A stretch of 56,097 bases of DNA, the filler included, from Dugesia japonica (taxonomy: Eukaryota): NCBI GenBank assembly GCA_001938525.1. It is 5 parts of 5 records of this genome, joined end to end, with 100 filler letters (N's around TTAATTAATTAA, not from the genome) between each part and the next. Parts side by side here need not be neighbours in the genome. Positions count along the whole stretch, not along the records: positions 41,790 to 56,097 come from MQRL01580900.1; 4 more parts are not named here. One strand, given 5' to 3'. Both the position numbers and the translations under genes were made by a program. The notes under the pieces were generated by a model, which was given only the letters and a program-made list of their open reading frames with translations, ran no database searches and was not told where the DNA came from. Positions 51,081-56,097 of the stretch are shown one piece after another (the first letter of the stretch is position 1; each line of letters starts with the position of its first letter).

Positions 51081-54000
51081 CTATAAAACAACAATTTAAT
51101 TTGATAGAAACTATTACTTTATTTTAATGAAATCCAAAATATTGTTAGTTTAAATTAACACATCTATTGTATAAGTTATTTTTTAAAAAATAATCAATTT
51201 TTTGTTCAACCATATTCTTTTTTGTTTTTAATAATTAATCTGCTTCTAAAAATTATACTTACATTATTGAATTCTACTAGTTTGATATGTTTACTGTGTT
51301 AGTGAAATCGATACTATTTTTCATTAACAAGCAAAAGTTTATATATTAGTAGAAATTATTGATTATTAATAATTTTAAAATTTTCTGAGGAAACTTTAAA
51401 GATTATTCGTAGAGAGAATTTTAAGAATCAATGATGACTAAATCTCAGAATTATTAAAATTAATTAATGTCTTTCTAGGTTTTTACTTTATTGAATTAAT
51501 TATGCAAATTATTATATAATCGAGAATTTATTATCTAATTATTACTTTATATTATTAGCAGACTTTCTATTAGATTTTCATAATTAAACAATTCACCTTC
51601 AATTATTATTTCATCTTTATTCAACCTATCACAAGTTTGTATACTAACAGAATCTTCAATTATGACAAAATATTCATTATTTCCTTTGTGAACTATTTTC
51701 TTTATATTTGATAATACTTTTTTTTCTTGGAATGAAACAAATTTTGTCTTTGTTCTAGTATACTCGATTTTGATTGGATGACGCATTCCAGTTGTAAAAA
51801 GTTTTTACATTGTTCCAATCTACTCAATTTTGATTGGTCTATACATTTCAGTAGAAAAGTTTTTGTTTTAATTTTAAAATTTCTTAGTTTTTTAATTTTT
51901 TTGCGATGAAAATTTTTCTGCTTTCCTCCTCCCCTCCCAAAAAATCTAGGATACCCCAAAATTCCAAAAAAGATTATCGCGTTTCTATTATCAGACTTAT
52001 TTGTTACTGGAATAAACAAGTTGCCATTAAGATGAGAGAACTGTGTCGATAGTTTTGGTGCATATTTCGAATAAATGTATTGATTTTTTCTTGTTATATA
52101 ATAATCCAAAATTTTGATTAAAAATCTGCCATTCCATATATAATGATCTAATATCATAAATGTTTTGGTCGTGGAAGAAAGCGAATTTTAAAGAATCTTG
52201 TGCAATTTCTTCTAATTTCAGTATATCATTCATCATTTGAATATTGGAAAATTCCATTTTCTGACTTGTGAGTTTTCAATCATCACAATCCATAAATTCA
52301 GTAACTGTTTCATAACCATCTTTGAAGGCGTTTCTTAAATATTCGCAAATTCAAAAATTTTGTACTTTAATTCCTAATCGAGATGTGTTTTAAAATTTTC
52401 ACATGATAAAATGAAATGAGACAATTCCTTGTATAACGGAGCTTGTGAGAATGGATTGAGACAGTTACATTTATTGACTTTTCGACTGAAGTTTTTTAAC
52501 GTAAATAATTAAAATAATTTAATAAAATAAATTTATGATTTAATTTAATAATTTGATGATGAATTTGAAAATAAATTAATAAGTTAATAAATTAATAATT
52601 TAATATAATTTTTAAAAAAAAATTAAAGAAGTGACAATGAGTCATACATTAGTGCAAATTTTGTTATTTAATCCATTATGCATGGATTGATCATTTTTGG
52701 ACAGAGTTTTATCTGCACTAGTTGATTAAAAAGGTGACAAAATGGTGTGTAATTTTGCCAAATTTAAGATATTTGATTGAATGGACTTATTTTTAATATA
52801 CGCCAAATTTCTTTCATTTCTTTTCTCAGTTATGTCGCACACTCTTCAAATTTCCTTTGATTTTTAGTCGATTTCCTGTACATTAAGTACTATTTATCTA
52901 TAAAAATCGTAGAATGTTTTATTTTTTTNNNNNNNNNNNNNNNNNNNNNNNNNNNNNNNNNNNNNNNNNNNNNAGTATGATTAAGACAGTGCTACGTTAT
53001 TATACTAAGAAACACTTGTGCCAGACGTTGAGCAACATTTAATTGAATACATCGTAGTATGGCAAAAATGGCGACTTCTTCAAAACGGCGATAATCAAAA
53101 TCGTTTAAGTAATTGTTTTTTTGAGTATCGCCATTTTTAAGTTTTCGCTATTTTGAAGATCTTCATTTTCTGATCGTCATTATTAACGTAAAACAAGAAT
53201 ATCTATTACTGTTCAGCAATACTGAAATTAAACTCCATTCTTGTGGAATATTTGCATCTTGACATTTTAAAACACACCTGTTGCGACACTCTGACACAAA
53301 ACGTTCTCCATTCTTCCAAGCCGGCTAAAATCAAAACCAAAAAAATTGGTTTTTGACTATTTTCAAATAAACCGAAAACCAGTTTTGTTGCTCGATCTAA
53401 CGGTTAACAATTATGAATTGCAAAGATTATTTAACAGATTGAAAACCCTAAAAATGGCAAAATTTAATTTATAATCTCTAATTTTCTTTTAATTGATATT
53501 TTTCAATATTTTCGTGTTATAATATTTTGAATTTATTTCCTCCAAATTTTCGCTGTGCATAAACTACTAGAATTATCGGTATTTATATTTCAATTGAATA
53601 AATTCATCTTTCTCTATTGTATATTAATTCAAAGTTTTCATAATTTTTAATTTGTTTATTTTGAATATTTACTATATTAACAACAACAAAAACAAAGTAA
53701 TGTTTGTGTATTCTCAAATACGATACGAATATTTGAATCTATTTCTGGTTATTTTACAAAGAAAAATTATCATTAAAAACTAGAGTTCATTTAATATAAA
53801 AGCTTTGATCAAAATTTAGGTTTTAATTATTGATATTGGATAACAATTAAAAACTTATTCAATTAAACATATAATCAATTATTTTTCTTGCATAATATTT
53901 TGTATTTACATTATTTTTTTCAATAAAAAATTTCAAAACTTAATCTTATAAATCTTAATTTTCTCAACCCGATGATGACCAGTTAACAGGCTTTTTGTTT

Positions 54001-54162
54001 CGGGCGGATTTTTGGAACCTCTAATTGTAGTTGTAGTGAAGTCCCTTGAATAAATTGTATTAATAGTTCTGCTTCGATTTTTCAGAACTTAAGTGAAATT
54101 TCATACTTTAATCAAAGTTGTGTAGCAATGTATCATTAACATAACCTGTTACACTTATATTA

Positions 54163-55090
54163 TACAAGTAAACCTCGATATAACGTACTGTCGAATGTAG
54201 AATTTCATTTTTTACGAAAAGATTCTACTGGAATATTACAGCCGATATATGCTGGTATAATTAATAGCTTCAAGACCAAATATCGAAATATGTTTTTACA
54301 AAAATTAATTCTAAAATTGAAAAATAATATCGATTGCACCATTGCAGTCAAAAGTATCAAACTTTCTGAAGCAATTTTAATAATACGAGCTTCATAGAAT
54401 GAAGTAACTTCAGAATGCATATAACTTTTGGAAGCATACCGAAATTATTTAATCTGTTGATCGTAATGAGACTCATCCTTTACAAAAACTTTTGAAAAGC
54501 GATGTTTCTGAAATAATTGAGAATATGCAATATTTTCCCATCGAATATCTAGTACCTGTACAAGAATTTATTGATTTTGACTCTAGTATAGAGACTACTG
54601 AAAAATTATTAGTTAAAGAAATAATTTCAGTGGTTACAGAAAAAAATTGATTTGTCAGTTGAATCTAGAAAAGAAAACGAAGATATTCACATTGCTCAAA
54701 ATCTTATTTGTCCAACAGTTTTGTCATGAAGCATTGGATACTATTCATTTATTCTTAATGTTTTCACCAAAGCAGCACCTAGAAATATCAACAAATTTGT
54801 TTCTATCCCTTCAAAGCAACATTTACAATTCATTGAAACCAACAAGAAAACAAATTTCAATAATAGACTTTTTGAAAATATAAAATTTGTTATCTCACAG
54901 TGTTTTTATTCATTGTTCACGTGGTTTTAAGGTGTAAATTATATAAATTATTATTAGATCATATTGACTATTTATTACGTAATCACTTTTTAAAAAATTT
55001 CTCCAAAACCTCGATTAAACGTACCCTCGATATTGCGTACATTGTTCTGTTGCACCGATATGTACGTTATTATTTTAAAATCTAACTAGT
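54163..55090 (+). mobile_element. Internally deleted Tigger/pogo element
   Basis: Left end ca(a)gtaaacctcgatataacg and cctcgat..acgtac subterminal repeats near 55010-55070. Remnant STGILQPIYAGIINSFKTKYR (DDE_1 C-terminal part). Confidence 0.7.
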
Positions 55091-55368
55091 GCTGAATACT
55101 TGTAACCATATGAAAATTTATTTGAGACGCTTTTTCTTCTTTTTTTCTTTCACTTTTGTTTCAATTATATCCTGAAATCCGAATATCGCTATTATTATTT
55201 TTTCTAAAATTTTATTTTCATTTCAATAATTGTCTATCTTGAAATTACATTGATCTTAACTCGTATATATAACGAAGAACAAATTCGATTTTTTTATTAA
55301 TTCTCAAGAAAAAAAACTCTTCATATTCATTAATTTCAGCTCTTATTTTACTTCAGGATCTTCTAACT

Positions 55369-55400
55369 CAGGGCTGTACAAAATACGACCCGCGGCCCAT
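55369..55400 (+). mobile_element. hAT (Charlie-like) terminal fragment
   Basis: cagggctgtacaaaatacgacccgcggccc. A similar-class right-end fragment lies at ~25015-25082. Confidence 0.4.
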
Positions 55401-55914
55401 TTCACCTTTAAAAAATTGTTTTCTTTTTTTGTTAAATTGTGAATAATCCTTTATTAAATTATTACTTTATTTTCTTTATTTAATTAGAAATTTTAATTCC
55501 TTCTAACAATAATTAATTTTTCTAAAAAACTTTAATTCTAACTTGAAATTTCAAATCATATTAATTGTTTGGTTGATTTAAAAGGCGTTTTATTATTTAT
55601 CTACAAAGAAATATTAATACTTATTTAGTATAGATTTTGAAAACTGATTAATGTTTTCTATACTAATCGTTGCTAAGCCCAAAAAGATTTTTAGTAAACT
55701 TTTGCAGCGATTAGCAACCATTAACTTTGAAATTTATATAGCTACATTAGTAAAAGAAATGTACTTGAACCTTGTTTTAAACTGAAAAAATAAAAACGTT
55801 TTATTTTTAATATTTCTAAAAAACACCAACTATTTAAAAAGTTTAAATGATTATACAATTTCAATTGTGCAATCTCAGTAAATTATCAAAAAAATAATTT
55901 TAAGTTCATCCGTT

Positions 55915-56097
55915 TTTGGAGTATATCCAAATATAGGCTTTACGGTTGAAGAAGAGATCAATTCAACTATTCCGTTTCTTGATATGCATGTTGAAAGAAA
56001 GAATACCTCCTTGGAAACAGAAATATATAGAAATAAATCTGATACTGGTTTGTTTACAAATCCAGCCAGATTTTGTGACATAAAATATAAATTTTTT
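55915..56097 (+). mobile_element. Penelope-like RT fragment running off the window
   Basis: YPNIGFTVEEEINSTIPFLDMHVERKNTSLETEIYRNKSDTGLF matches HPxIxFTxExE...PFLD...YRKxTxTG. Confidence 0.88.

Overview
Eukaryotic, very AT-rich, repeat-saturated genomic scaffold with short 46-59 bp introns. It looks like an invertebrate, possibly a planarian-type genome (inference only). Four fixed 100-bp assembly gaps carry a TTAATTAATTAA spacer. The only clear host gene is the 3' part of a cyclic-nucleotide phosphodiesterase (PDE7-like; five exons, minus strand, 25773-31002) with an unusual long tail of RRxS sites. The rest is mostly decayed mobile DNA. (1) An internally deleted Polinton/Maverick endogenous virus-like element at about 2100-6087: packaging ATPase, conserved small ORF, integrase, minor/major capsid fusion, cysteine protease, exonuclease-like ORF. 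(2) Two diverged copies (7577-~10650 plus; ~34600-39267 minus) of an unclassified element that starts with the same AGTAGGT terminus as the Polinton and carries minisatellites plus a cassette of small coiled-coil genes showing signs of purifying selection. (3) Several Penelope-like retroelement fragments with minimal hammerhead ribozyme motifs in inverted repeats. (4) Several Gypsy LTR elements with very short LTRs. (5) Tigger/pogo, mariner/Tc1, hAT and Merlin remnants. All family assignments come from manual motif recognition, with no database searches, and pseudogene boundaries are approximate.
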